A stretch of 64,000 nt of DNA. It comes from Candidatus Multivoradales bacterium. GTDB taxonomy: Bacteria; Acidobacteriota; Thermoanaerobaculia; Multivoradales; JAHEKO01. Both the position numbers and the translations under genes were made by a program. The notes under the pieces were generated by a model that saw only the letters and a program-made list of their open reading frames with translations, made no database searches and was not told the DNA's origin. Positions 55,756 to 64,000 of the stretch are shown one piece after another (within the stretch, counting starts at the first letter, position 1; every line of letters begins with the position of its first letter). The DNA is taken from contig CBDCVR010000013.1 in assembly GCA_965223155.1 (NCBI GenBank), positions 192,001-256,000 on the forward strand. Direction: 5' to 3'.

Positions 55756-56898
55756 ATGAATCTTGATTTGAGTGACGAGCAACAGCTGCTCAAGGACGAG
55801 GTCAACCGATTTGCCCGCGAGGTGGTAGCGCCGCGCGCCAAGGAGATCGACGAGTCGGGGATTTTCCCGGACGGCTTCTTCCAGCAGGCGGCCGAGTTGG
55901 GGCTCGCGGGTGTGGCCGTGCCCGAGCAGTATGGCGGCTCCGGGATGGACACCGTGTCCTACTGCGTGGCCATCGAGGAGATCAGCCGCTTCTGTGCCAC
56001 CAGCGGGGTGATCCTGTCGGTCAACAATTCGCTGGTCTGCGATCCGTTGCTCGAGTTCGCCAGCGAGGAGCAGAAGCACGAATTTCTGGAGCCGCTGGCG
56101 TCGGGCGCGAAGCTGGGCTGCTTTGCCCTGACCGAACCCGGAGCCGGCAGTGATGCCGCCGCCTTGAGGACGACGGCGAAGCGAGACGGCGACGACTACG
56201 TGCTGAACGGCAACAAGGTCTTCATCACCAACGGCACCGACGCCGATCTGGCCCTGGTCTTCGCGACCGTCGATCTCGAGCTCAAGCACAAGGGCATCAC
56301 GGCCTTCATCGTGCCTTGCGACACCGAGGGCTTCAGCCGTGGCACCCATGAGTACAAGCTGGGGGTCAACGCCTCCGGAACGACCGAGCTCGCCTTCGAA
56401 GACATGCGGGTGCCAGCGACCCAGAGGATCGGTGAGGAAGGCGACGGGTTCAAGATCGCCATGCGGACACTGGACGGAGGCCGTATCGGAATCGCCGCCC
56501 AGGCGGTGGGCATCGCGCAGGGAGCCTTTGACGAAGCCATGAGCTACGCGCAGGAGCGCGAGCAGTTCGGACGAGCGATCTCCAACTTCCAGGCGATTCA
56601 GTTTTACCTGGCCGACATGGCGACCGAGATCGACGCGGCTCGTTTCCTGACCTGGAAGGCCGCTTGGACCAAGGACGTCAAGAAGCGCTGCACGCTAGAG
56701 GCCGCTCAGGCCAAGCTCTATGCCTCGGAGATGGCCCAGCGGGTGACCAACAAGGCGCTCCAGATTCACGGCGGCTATGGCTATACCCGGGAGTACAACG
56801 TCGAGCGGTACTTCCGGGACGCCCGGATCACCGAGATCTACGAGGGCACGAGCGAGATCCAAAAGCTGGTTATCGCGGCCTCGGTGCTGGCGGACTAG
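55756..56898 (+). CDS. Short-chain acyl-CoA dehydrogenase
   Basis: FALTEPGAGSD, NGNKVFITNG, GGRIGIAAQ, QIHGGYG, IYEGTSEIQ. Confidence 0.95.
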   Translation: MNLDLSDEQQLLKDEVNRFAREVVAPRAKEIDESGIFPDGFFQQAAELGLAGVAVPEQYGGSGMDTVSYCVAIEEISRFCATSGVILSVNNSLVCDPLLEFASEEQKHEFLEPLASGAKLGCFALTEPGAGSDAAALRTTAKRDGDDYVLNGNKVFITNGTDADLALVFATVDLELKHKGITAFIVPCDTEGFSRGTHEYKLGVNASGTTELAFEDMRVPATQRIGEEGDGFKIAMRTLDGGRIGIAAQAVGIAQGAFDEAMSYAQEREQFGRAISNFQAIQFYLADMATEIDAARFLTWKAAWTKDVKKRCTLEAAQAKLYASEMAQRVTNKALQIHGGYGYTREYNVERYFRDARITEIYEGTSEIQKLVIAASVLAD

Positions 56899-57120
56899 CG
56901 GGCTGGTGGTAGACGCTCCCATGGTCGTTCGGCAGTGCCGCTCGTCGGGTCGGCGAGGCGCGAGTTCCTTGGACCCTCGTTTTGGGCTAGCCGGAGATCC
57001 CCCCCAACGCCGGCCGCCTGGGTCTCTGTCCCAGGTGGCCGTACCTTGGACCAGGCTCCACGACGTGCGCGGCGCGGCCGTCGGGACCACGGCTGTGAGC
57101 TGCTAGGTCCGGAGGCGGTG

Positions 57121-58293
57121 ATGGCGGGCGCGGACGGATCCATCGGTTTCGCCTTTGAGGAAGAAGAGGAGCTGCTGCGCCTCGAGGTGCGACGCTTCGC
57201 CGAAGAGCGCATCCGTCCCGGCGCGGCGGATCGGGATCACACCAAGACGTTCCCTGACGAGATCGTCGCCGAGATGGGCGAGATGGGGCTCTTGGGGATG
57301 ATGGTGCCGGAGGAGTACGGCGGCGCCGGCTTTTCGGTCTTGAGCTACGTGCTGGCGGTCGAGGAGCTGGCGGTCGTCTGTCCGTCTACCGCCGGCACCA
57401 TGAGCGTCACCAACTCGGTCTGTTGCTGGCCGATCGCGCACTTTGGAGCCGATGAGCTGAAGGCTCGGGTGCTGCCGGAGCTGGCCAGCGGCGAGGCGCT
57501 CGGTGGCTTCGGCCTGACCGAGCCGGGCTCGGGCTCGGACGCCGGATCGCTTCAGACCAGCGCCGTGCGCGACGGCGACTTCTGGGTGCTCAACGGAGAG
57601 AAGGCTTGGATCACCAACGCGGGCTTCGCTCGCTATTTCGTGGTGATGGCCAAGACCGACGCCGAGGCTGGCAAACGCGGTATCAGCGCCTTCGTGGTGC
57701 CGGCCGACGCGCCGGGATTCGAGATCGGCCAGCCGGAGAGGAAGTTGGGCCTCCACGCCTCGAACACCGCGCCTCTGGTCTTTCGAGATTGCCGCGTGCC
57801 CGCCGCCAATCTGATCGGGCGGGAAGGGCAGGGCTTCAAGATCGCGCTGGCGACCCTGGACCACTCCCGTCTGGGCATCGCCGCCCAGAGCGTGGGGATT
57901 CACCGGCGCGCGCTCGAGTTAGCCATTGCGTACGCTAAAGAGCGGGTGCAGTTCGGCCGGCCGATCGCCAAGCATCAGGCGATCCAGTTCAAGATCGCGA
58001 CCATGGCCACCGAGTTGGCCGCGGCGCGCACCCTGACCCATCGCGCGGCCCTGGCCGAGGGCCGAAAGGACGGGGGCAGGCTGGCATCCGAAGCCAAGCT
58101 CTTCGCCTCTGAGGCCGCCAATCGAGCCTGCTACGAAAGCCTTCAGATCCACGGCGGCAACGGCTTTTCGGAGGAGTACGAGATCGCTCGGCTCTACCGG
58201 GACGTGCGGGTGACGACCATCTATGAGGGCTCGAGTGAGATGCAGCGCCTGGTGATCGGCCGGCACCTGTTGCGTCGGCACTCGTCCCAATAA
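57121..58293 (+). CDS. Acyl-CoA dehydrogenase
   Basis: LTEPGSGSD, NGEKAWITN, QIHGGNG, IYEGSSEMQ. Confidence 0.93.
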   Translation: MAGADGSIGFAFEEEEELLRLEVRRFAEERIRPGAADRDHTKTFPDEIVAEMGEMGLLGMMVPEEYGGAGFSVLSYVLAVEELAVVCPSTAGTMSVTNSVCCWPIAHFGADELKARVLPELASGEALGGFGLTEPGSGSDAGSLQTSAVRDGDFWVLNGEKAWITNAGFARYFVVMAKTDAEAGKRGISAFVVPADAPGFEIGQPERKLGLHASNTAPLVFRDCRVPAANLIGREGQGFKIALATLDHSRLGIAAQSVGIHRRALELAIAYAKERVQFGRPIAKHQAIQFKIATMATELAAARTLTHRAALAEGRKDGGRLASEAKLFASEAANRACYESLQIHGGNGFSEEYEIARLYRDVRVTTIYEGSSEMQRLVIGRHLLRRHSSQ

Positions 58294-58310
58294 CGGCGGA
58301 GGGCGGCCGG

Positions 58311-59366
58311 GTGGCGATCAAAGGTAGGTTGGAGAAGGTGGGCCTGAGCTCCCTGCTGGAGCTTCTGGCGCTGTCGGGCGCGAGCGGACGAGTCAAGGTC
58401 GCGCAGCCCGCCGGCGAAGGGCTGATCGTTCTGCGCCAGGGCAAGGTGATCTTCGCCGCCTCCAGCTCGGTGCGGGAAACCCTCGGCCACATCCTGATCT
58501 GCAAAGGACACTTGTCGGAAGCCGGGCTGTCCCGGGCGCTCGAGATCCAGCACTCCTCCGAAGACGAACGCAGGCTCGGGACGATTCTGGTCGCCGAAGG
58601 ACTGGTCGCCCAGGAGACGCTCGAAGACTGTGTGATTCGCCAGAACCAGAAGGTGCTGCGCGAGCTCCTGGGCTGGACCCGTGGCTTCTATCGCTTCGAG
58701 CGCTTCGAGATTCCGGAGCTGGGCGAGATCGAGGTTCGCGCTCGTGAGTTTCTCTTGAAGGAAGGCATCTCGGCCGACCGGGTCGCGATCGAGGCGGTCG
58801 CCGACGAGCTGGAGCGGGACGAGCGCCAGCCCCAGCCCAGGCGCTCGCTGGGTAGCCTGATGCGGGAGTTCCGGACGCCGAGCTTCAGTGGCGAGGTGAC
58901 GTTGCCGCTGCTGCGATTTGCCCGCGGCTTGACCCGGCGCGGCGCGATCTTCAGCGCCAGCCCGCGGGGCTTTTCCGGAGTCGGGCAGTACGGTCTCGAG
59001 GCCGACGAGGCGCGGGCCGCGGCTCGCATCCGATCGGTCGTGGTCGGCCTGGGTGAGCCGTCCGTTTTTCGCGAAGCGATCGCCCGGCGCGAACCCAAGG
59101 TGCTGACCCCGAAGGACAACGCCGTGAACCGCCGTCTGCTGGACGAGCTCGGCGGCGGTTGGCCCCGAGAGGTGCTGCTGGCGCCACTCATCGTGAGCGG
59201 GCGGGTGCTGATGATCTTGTATGGGGACAACCTCCCCGGCGGCGAACCGATCGATTCGATCGAGGGCTTGGAGGAGGTCCTGTTGCACTCGGCTCTGGCC
59301 ATGGAGAAGAGCCTGCTCGACAAGCGGATGGAGTACGCGGTCGAGCTCCGCCGGGAAGACTCGTAG
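58311..59366 (+). CDS. DUF4388 (PATAN)-MshEN-GAF-like protein
   Basis: IKGRL...LLELL....SGRV N-terminus; TLGHIL..G...L..ALEIQ and [12 protein letters not shown]...L....Q motifs; [17 protein letters not shown]. Confidence 0.75.
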   Translation: MAIKGRLEKVGLSSLLELLALSGASGRVKVAQPAGEGLIVLRQGKVIFAASSSVRETLGHILICKGHLSEAGLSRALEIQHSSEDERRLGTILVAEGLVAQETLEDCVIRQNQKVLRELLGWTRGFYRFERFEIPELGEIEVRAREFLLKEGISADRVAIEAVADELERDERQPQPRRSLGSLMREFRTPSFSGEVTLPLLRFARGLTRRGAIFSASPRGFSGVGQYGLEADEARAAARIRSVVVGLGEPSVFREAIARREPKVLTPKDNAVNRRLLDELGGGWPREVLLAPLIVSGRVLMILYGDNLPGGEPIDSIEGLEEVLLHSALAMEKSLLDKRMEYAVELRREDS

Positions 59367-59448
59367 ACGTCTTCACCGGGCGCGCCCGCCTGACGGATCT
59401 TGGGGCCTCTGCCAGCGCTATACTCAGCCTTTCCGGAAAGGACCTCGC

Positions 59449-61212
59449 ATGCCCGACGACCAGGATTCCCGAACCAAGTCCGCCGCGGTGCTCGAGCCGC
59501 CGGCGACCGAGGAGCCGGAGGCGGCGGAGTCTTCCGACGCTTCCGGCGCGACGGACGAGCTCACCGGCTCCCGCGAGCGCTGGGAGGCGGCGACGGCCAA
59601 GAGCCGCGAGCGCAGGCCCTACTGGAAAGAGGACTTCACCACCGTCTCGAGCATGACCATCCCGCATCTGGTGACTCCGGATCGGGTGGCCGATCTCGAT
59701 CCGCTCGAGGACATCGGGATTCCGGGCGAGTTTCCGTTCACCCGCGGCATTCATCCGACCGGCTATCGAGGCAAGCTGTGGACCATGCGGCAGTTCGCCG
59801 GCTTCGGCACGGCGGCCGACACCAACCAGCGCTTCAAGTACCTGCTGGAGCACGGCCAGACCGGTCTGTCGGTCGCCTTCCACCTGCCGACCCTCTACGG
59901 CTACGACTCGGATCACGAGATGGCCCGGGGCGAGGTGGGTAAGTGCGGCGTCGCGGTCGACAGCCTGGCCGACATGGAGACCCTGTTCGAAGGGATTCCG
60001 CTGGACCAGGTGACGACCTCGATGACCATCAACTCGACGGCCCCGATTCTCTTCGCCATGTACCTGGCGGTGGCCGAGAAGCAGGGCGCCGACATCCAGA
60101 AGCAGGTGGCCGGAACCCTGCAGAACGACATCCTGAAGGAGTACATCGCCCAGAAGGAGTACATCTATCCGCCCCGGCCGTCGATGCGCCTGATCACGGA
60201 TCAGTTCGCGTTCGCCGCCCAGGAGGTGCCGCGCTGGAACACGATCTCGATTTCCGGATACCACATCCGCGAGGCCGGATCGACGGCGCTGCAGGAGTTG
60301 GCGTTCACTCTGCGCGACGGCATGGAATACGTGGAATACGGTATCCGCGCGGGCCTCGACGTCGATTCGTTCGCTCCGCGGCTGTCCTTTTTCTTCAATA
60401 GTCACAACGACTTCTTCGAGGAGATCGCGAAGTACCGGGCGGCACGCAAGATCTGGGCGACGGTCATGCGTGATCGCTATGGTGCCCAGAACCCACGCTC
60501 CTGGATGCTTCGCTTCCACACCCAGACGGCCGGCTGTTCGTTGACCGCGCAGCAGCCGTACAACAACGTGGTGCGGACCACGATCCAGGCTCTAGCCGCG
60601 GTGCTGGGCGGTACCCAGTCGCTGCACACCAACTCGCTGGACGAGACCTTGGCTCTGCCAACCGAGGAGAACGCCCGGATCGCGCTTCGCACCCAGCAGA
60701 TCATCGCCCATGAGTCGGGCGCCGCGAACACCGTGGATCCGCTCGGCGGCTCGTACTTCATCGAAGAGATGACCCGGCGGATGGTGGAGGGCTCCTTCGA
60801 CTACTTCCGCCGGATCGATGAATTCGGCGGCATGGTCGAAGCGGTGGAGGCGGGTTTCCCGCAGCGCGAGATCATGGACGCCGCCTACCAGTACCAGCGC
60901 GCGATCGAGGACGAGACCAAGCTCATCGTGGGGGTCAATGCGTTCGAGCTCGAGGACGAGGAACCGCTCGACATCCTGTACATCTCGGACGATCTCGCCG
61001 ATCGGCAGACTGCCTCCCTCGACGGCGTCAAGGATCGCCGCGACGGCGGGACCGTCGAGCGGACGCTGGACGCGCTCCGCAAAGGAGCGTCCGGCGACGC
61101 CAACACGATGCCGCTGATCCTGGATTGCGTCCGTGCTTATGCGACCGTCGGGGAGATCGGCGACGCCATGCGGGACGTTTTCGGTACCTACGAGGAGCCC
61201 GCGGTTTTCTGA
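59449..61212 (+). CDS. icmA: Acyl-CoA mutase large subunit, isobutyryl-CoA mutase-like
   Basis: [42 protein letters not shown]. Confidence 0.8.
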   Translation: MPDDQDSRTKSAAVLEPPATEEPEAAESSDASGATDELTGSRERWEAATAKSRERRPYWKEDFTTVSSMTIPHLVTPDRVADLDPLEDIGIPGEFPFTRGIHPTGYRGKLWTMRQFAGFGTAADTNQRFKYLLEHGQTGLSVAFHLPTLYGYDSDHEMARGEVGKCGVAVDSLADMETLFEGIPLDQVTTSMTINSTAPILFAMYLAVAEKQGADIQKQVAGTLQNDILKEYIAQKEYIYPPRPSMRLITDQFAFAAQEVPRWNTISISGYHIREAGSTALQELAFTLRDGMEYVEYGIRAGLDVDSFAPRLSFFFNSHNDFFEEIAKYRAARKIWATVMRDRYGAQNPRSWMLRFHTQTAGCSLTAQQPYNNVVRTTIQALAAVLGGTQSLHTNSLDETLALPTEENARIALRTQQIIAHESGAANTVDPLGGSYFIEEMTRRMVEGSFDYFRRIDEFGGMVEAVEAGFPQREIMDAAYQYQRAIEDETKLIVGVNAFELEDEEPLDILYISDDLADRQTASLDGVKDRRDGGTVERTLDALRKGASGDANTMPLILDCVRAYATVGEIGDAMRDVFGTYEEPAVF

Positions 61213-61334
61213 GCCGGGTTCTCGGCGGTCGCCGTTGACTCGATTCGGCGGCCGAAGGGCGTGCGCCGGCCCCCCGGGAATGAGCTGGAGACCGTCCCCG
61301 AGACGAAAGCTCGGCTGCTAGAATCGGCCGGCCT

Positions 61335-61751
61335 ATGAGCACGAACGCGCGCATTCTCATCGCCAAGCCCGGTCTCGATGGGCACGACCGCGGCGCCAAG
61401 GTGATCGCCCGAGCTCTGCGGGACGCCGGCTTCGAGGTCATCTACTCGGGCCTGCGCCAGAGCCCGGAACAGATCGTCGCCGCGGCGGTCCAGGAGGACG
61501 TGGCGGCGGTCGGAGTGTCGATTCTTTCCGGAGCCCACAACGTGCTGTTGCCGGAGATCACACAGGGTCTGGCCGAGGAAGGTGCTGGAGACATCCTCGT
61601 CTTCGCCGGCGGCATCATTCCCGAGCAGGACATCGGGCCGTTGAAGGAGGCGGGGATCGACGCGATCTTCCTGCCTGGCACCGCTACGGGAGACGTCGTG
61701 TCCTACCTGAATGAGCGGCTGGGCCTGAATGCGGTGGCGGGCGGTTCGTAG
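61335..61751 (+). CDS. icmB: Cobalamin-binding small subunit of acyl-CoA mutase
   Basis: [10 protein letters not shown] (DxHxxG), SILSGAH, GGIIP. Confidence 0.85.
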   Translation: MSTNARILIAKPGLDGHDRGAKVIARALRDAGFEVIYSGLRQSPEQIVAAAVQEDVAAVGVSILSGAHNVLLPEITQGLAEEGAGDILVFAGGIIPEQDIGPLKEAGIDAIFLPGTATGDVVSYLNERLGLNAVAGGS

Positions 61752-61771
61752 CGGAAGCACCGGAGGGAGTT

Positions 61772-62524
61772 ATGAGCAGGAAGATTCTTCTCGCGGACGA
61801 CAGCGTCACGATTCGCAAAGTGGTCGAGCTGACGTTCATGGACGAGGACTACGACTTGGTAGCGGTTGCCAGCGGCGATGAGGCGCTGAGCACGCTGTCG
61901 AGCTCGACGGACCTCGTCATTACCGACGTCCACATGCCCGGGACCGATGGCTATGAGGTGTGCGAGACGGTCAAGGAGCGGTTCCCCGACAAGCCGGTTC
62001 TGCTTCTGGTGGGCACCTTTGAGGCGTTCGACGAGGAGCGCGCCGAGGAAGTCGGTGCCGACGATTTCTTGAAGAAGCCGTTCGACTCGCAGGAGCTGCT
62101 GGGGAAGGTCCGGAACCTGGTCGCCGCGCCCGCGGCCGCCGCTTCGCCGACGCCCGAGCTGACGCCGATCGAATCACCCTTGGCCGTTGCGGCGCCCGCC
62201 GGGGATGACGGTGGGACGGCAGACTTCGAGCCGGAAGACATGCCGGAGACTCCAGCGGCGGCCGACATGGTTGCCGAGCCCGCTTCAGAGCCTTCCCCGG
62301 AGCGCGCGGAGGTTGCGGCCGATTCCGCTTCCCAGGTCGCGTCTCCCGCCACCGCCGAGGCCCCGCTCGAGCTCTCGGACGAGACGGTGGATCGGATCGC
62401 GCGCCGCGTGGTCGAGCTCCTGTCCGAAGAGTCGATTCGCGACGTCGCCTGGGAGGTCATCCCCGATCTGGCGGAAGTCGTGATCAAGGAGCGTCTGGCC
62501 GAGCTCGAAGCCTACGACGAGTGA
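61772..62524 (+). CDS. romR: RomR-like response regulator (receiver, acidic Pro/Ala linker, RomR-C helix)
   Basis: LLADDSVTIRKVV, LLVGTFEAFDE, KPFDSQ; C-terminal IRDVAWEVIPDLAEVVIKE. Confidence 0.75.
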   Translation: MSRKILLADDSVTIRKVVELTFMDEDYDLVAVASGDEALSTLSSSTDLVITDVHMPGTDGYEVCETVKERFPDKPVLLLVGTFEAFDEERAEEVGADDFLKKPFDSQELLGKVRNLVAAPAAAASPTPELTPIESPLAVAAPAGDDGGTADFEPEDMPETPAAADMVAEPASEPSPERAEVAADSASQVASPATAEAPLELSDETVDRIARRVVELLSEESIRDVAWEVIPDLAEVVIKERLAELEAYDE

Positions 62525-63348
62525 CGCCGCCGGCGGACGCTTGGGGCCCGCAGCCTTTCGACGTCTGGTGCCGCTCGCTTCATCGCCAGGCAGCGGGCGA
62601 CCAACGCTGCTGGGTCCTGGTGCGCTCGGTCGATTCCACCAACTTGCTGGTGCGGTGTCTGCTTCTCCGGCAGGACGGCGAGGACCGGATCTCGAGCGGC
62701 ATCGGCGTCGTGGCCTACGAGCAGACCGCGGGCCGGGGCCGGCGTGGCAATCAGTGGTTGAGCACCGCCGGCCTGGGAATGTACCTGAGCCTGGGATATC
62801 CGGGTCTCGGCCTGACGAAGTTGCGGGCGCTGCCGCTGCTAGCGGCCCTCGGCGCCGCCGAGGCCGTCTCGGCCTGGATCGAACGTCGGGTCGAGCTCAA
62901 GTGGCCGAACGACCTGCGCGTCGGCGCGGCCAAGATTGGAGGCGTGCTCGTGGAAAGCGTCACGCGAGGCACCGGCAGGCTGGGTCAGTCCGCGGTCGGC
63001 AACGCGGTGGTGGGAGTCGGCGTCAACTGCCACCATCGCGAGCCCGATCTTCCCTTGGCCGAGAGCTCTTCCCTGGAGCTTCTGGGAGCCGGCGGCGTCG
63101 ATCCGGTGGCGCTGGCGTTCGACGTCGCCCGCGGTATCGATCGTGAGTTGGCCGCCGGGGACTGGCAGGACACGCTCGAGCGCTATCGAGAGCGCCTGCT
63201 GCACCGGCCCGGGGATCGGCTGCGCTGTCGGCATGGCGGCCGGGTCGTGAATGGACGGTTCGCCCGCGTCAACGAGCGCGCCGGCCTCGAGCTGGAAACC
63301 GAGGATGGTGTCGTCGAGCTGCTGTCGAGCGAGGTTATCGAGGGATGA
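62521..63348 (+). CDS. birA: Biotin-protein ligase
   Basis: VDSTN, QTAGRGRRG..W, LKWPND, KIGGVL, GVGVN. Confidence 0.93.
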   Translation: MTPPADAWGPQPFDVWCRSLHRQAAGDQRCWVLVRSVDSTNLLVRCLLLRQDGEDRISSGIGVVAYEQTAGRGRRGNQWLSTAGLGMYLSLGYPGLGLTKLRALPLLAALGAAEAVSAWIERRVELKWPNDLRVGAAKIGGVLVESVTRGTGRLGQSAVGNAVVGVGVNCHHREPDLPLAESSSLELLGAGGVDPVALAFDVARGIDRELAAGDWQDTLERYRERLLHRPGDRLRCRHGGRVVNGRFARVNERAGLELETEDGVVELLSSEVIEG

Positions 63349-64000
63349 ACGCTGATAGCGGAGGCGAACGGACGCCGGGCTCCGAGGGCGGTGGGGCGCA
63401 TGGCTACTTCCTGGCTCTCGAGGAGACCTTCATCCGACTCCGGGGAGCTCCGCTCCTGCTGTCGCCAGCCGATTGGCAAACGGCGCGCGCGTGGCTCGAG
63501 GAAGGCGTGCCTCTGGCGCTGGCGGTGCGGGTCATGGAGCAGGTGGCTGAGCGCTGGAAGGGAGCCGGGGTTGGCACGAGCGGCGCGGACGCCGGCGAGC
63601 CGGATCGGGAGCGCGTACGGCGCGGAGCCCTGGCCGGGATTCGGAGCCTGCGCTATTTCGACGGCGCGGTTCGGGGAGCCTGGCGGCGGGTGCGAGAGAT
63701 GGGTGGGGGCGGGGAGCGTTCGGATGCGCCCGTGTCCTGGGACGTGGATGCTCGCCTGCGTCGCCTGGCCGAGGCCGTCCCAGTGGATCTGCGCGACGCC
63801 GGCCGGCTGCGGGCGGCGGTGGTGGAGCTTCTGGGATCCGAGGCCGAAGTCGCGGAGGCTGCCCTGGCTCGCCTGGACCGGGACTTCCTGGATGCGGCGG
63901 TCGGGGATCTCTCCGCGGAGCGGCTGGAGACCGTGACCCGCTCGGTTGCCGCCGCGCGCGAGCGTCTGCGCGAGCGGATCGGAGCCGAGGAGCTCGAGGC
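63345..64000 (+). CDS. Hypothetical helical protein, DnaD-like motif pattern (3'-truncated by window edge)
   Basis: ATGA overlap with birA; open to the window end; YFLALEETFIRLRGAPLLLSPADWQTARAW...IRSLRYF..AV..AW. Absent from the ORF track because no stop is in the window. Confidence 0.75.
   Translation, partial: MNADSGGERTPGSEGGGAHGYFLALEETFIRLRGAPLLLSPADWQTARAWLEEGVPLALAVRVMEQVAERWKGAGVGTSGADAGEPDRERVRRGALAGIRSLRYFDGAVRGAWRRVREMGGGGERSDAPVSWDVDARLRRLAEAVPVDLRDAGRLRAAVVELLGSEAEVAEAALARLDRDFLDAAVGDLSAERLETVTRSVAAARERLRERIGAEELE

Overview
GC-rich bacterial chromosome segment; gene content and order suggest Acidobacteriota, possibly Thermoanaerobaculia (inference). Bases 1-9200 are an accessory/conflict island. 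It starts with the 3' end of an Rhs polymorphic toxin whose conserved Rhs core is split by two Ig-like domains and ends in an alpha/beta-hydrolase (lipase-like) C-terminal domain. Next come a coupled secreted beta-propeller (candidate immunity protein), a small PD-(D/E)XK nuclease, a second Rhs copy truncated at both ends, a DDE (rve) transposase element and a decayed Sir2-like gene. The rest (9.3-64 kb) is mostly core genome: tnaA, ZIP transporter, Kelch-FN3 protein, B12 radical SAM, yajQ, double FKBP, queG, rpsA-ihfB-lpxB-msbA-yicC-gmk-rpoZ-coaBC-UDG-GT2-GT4, Ser/Thr kinase, thiolase, radC-metG-tatD, and the rimP-nusA-infB-rbfA-truB-rpsO-pnp operon. After these lie degP, a sigma54-type regulator, pyrE, two acyl-CoA dehydrogenases, a PATAN/MshEN protein, an isobutyryl-CoA-mutase-like pair, a RomR-like regulator, birA and a truncated hypothetical gene. 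No rRNA, tRNA or CRISPR array was seen. All assignments come from motif recognition by eye; no searches were run.
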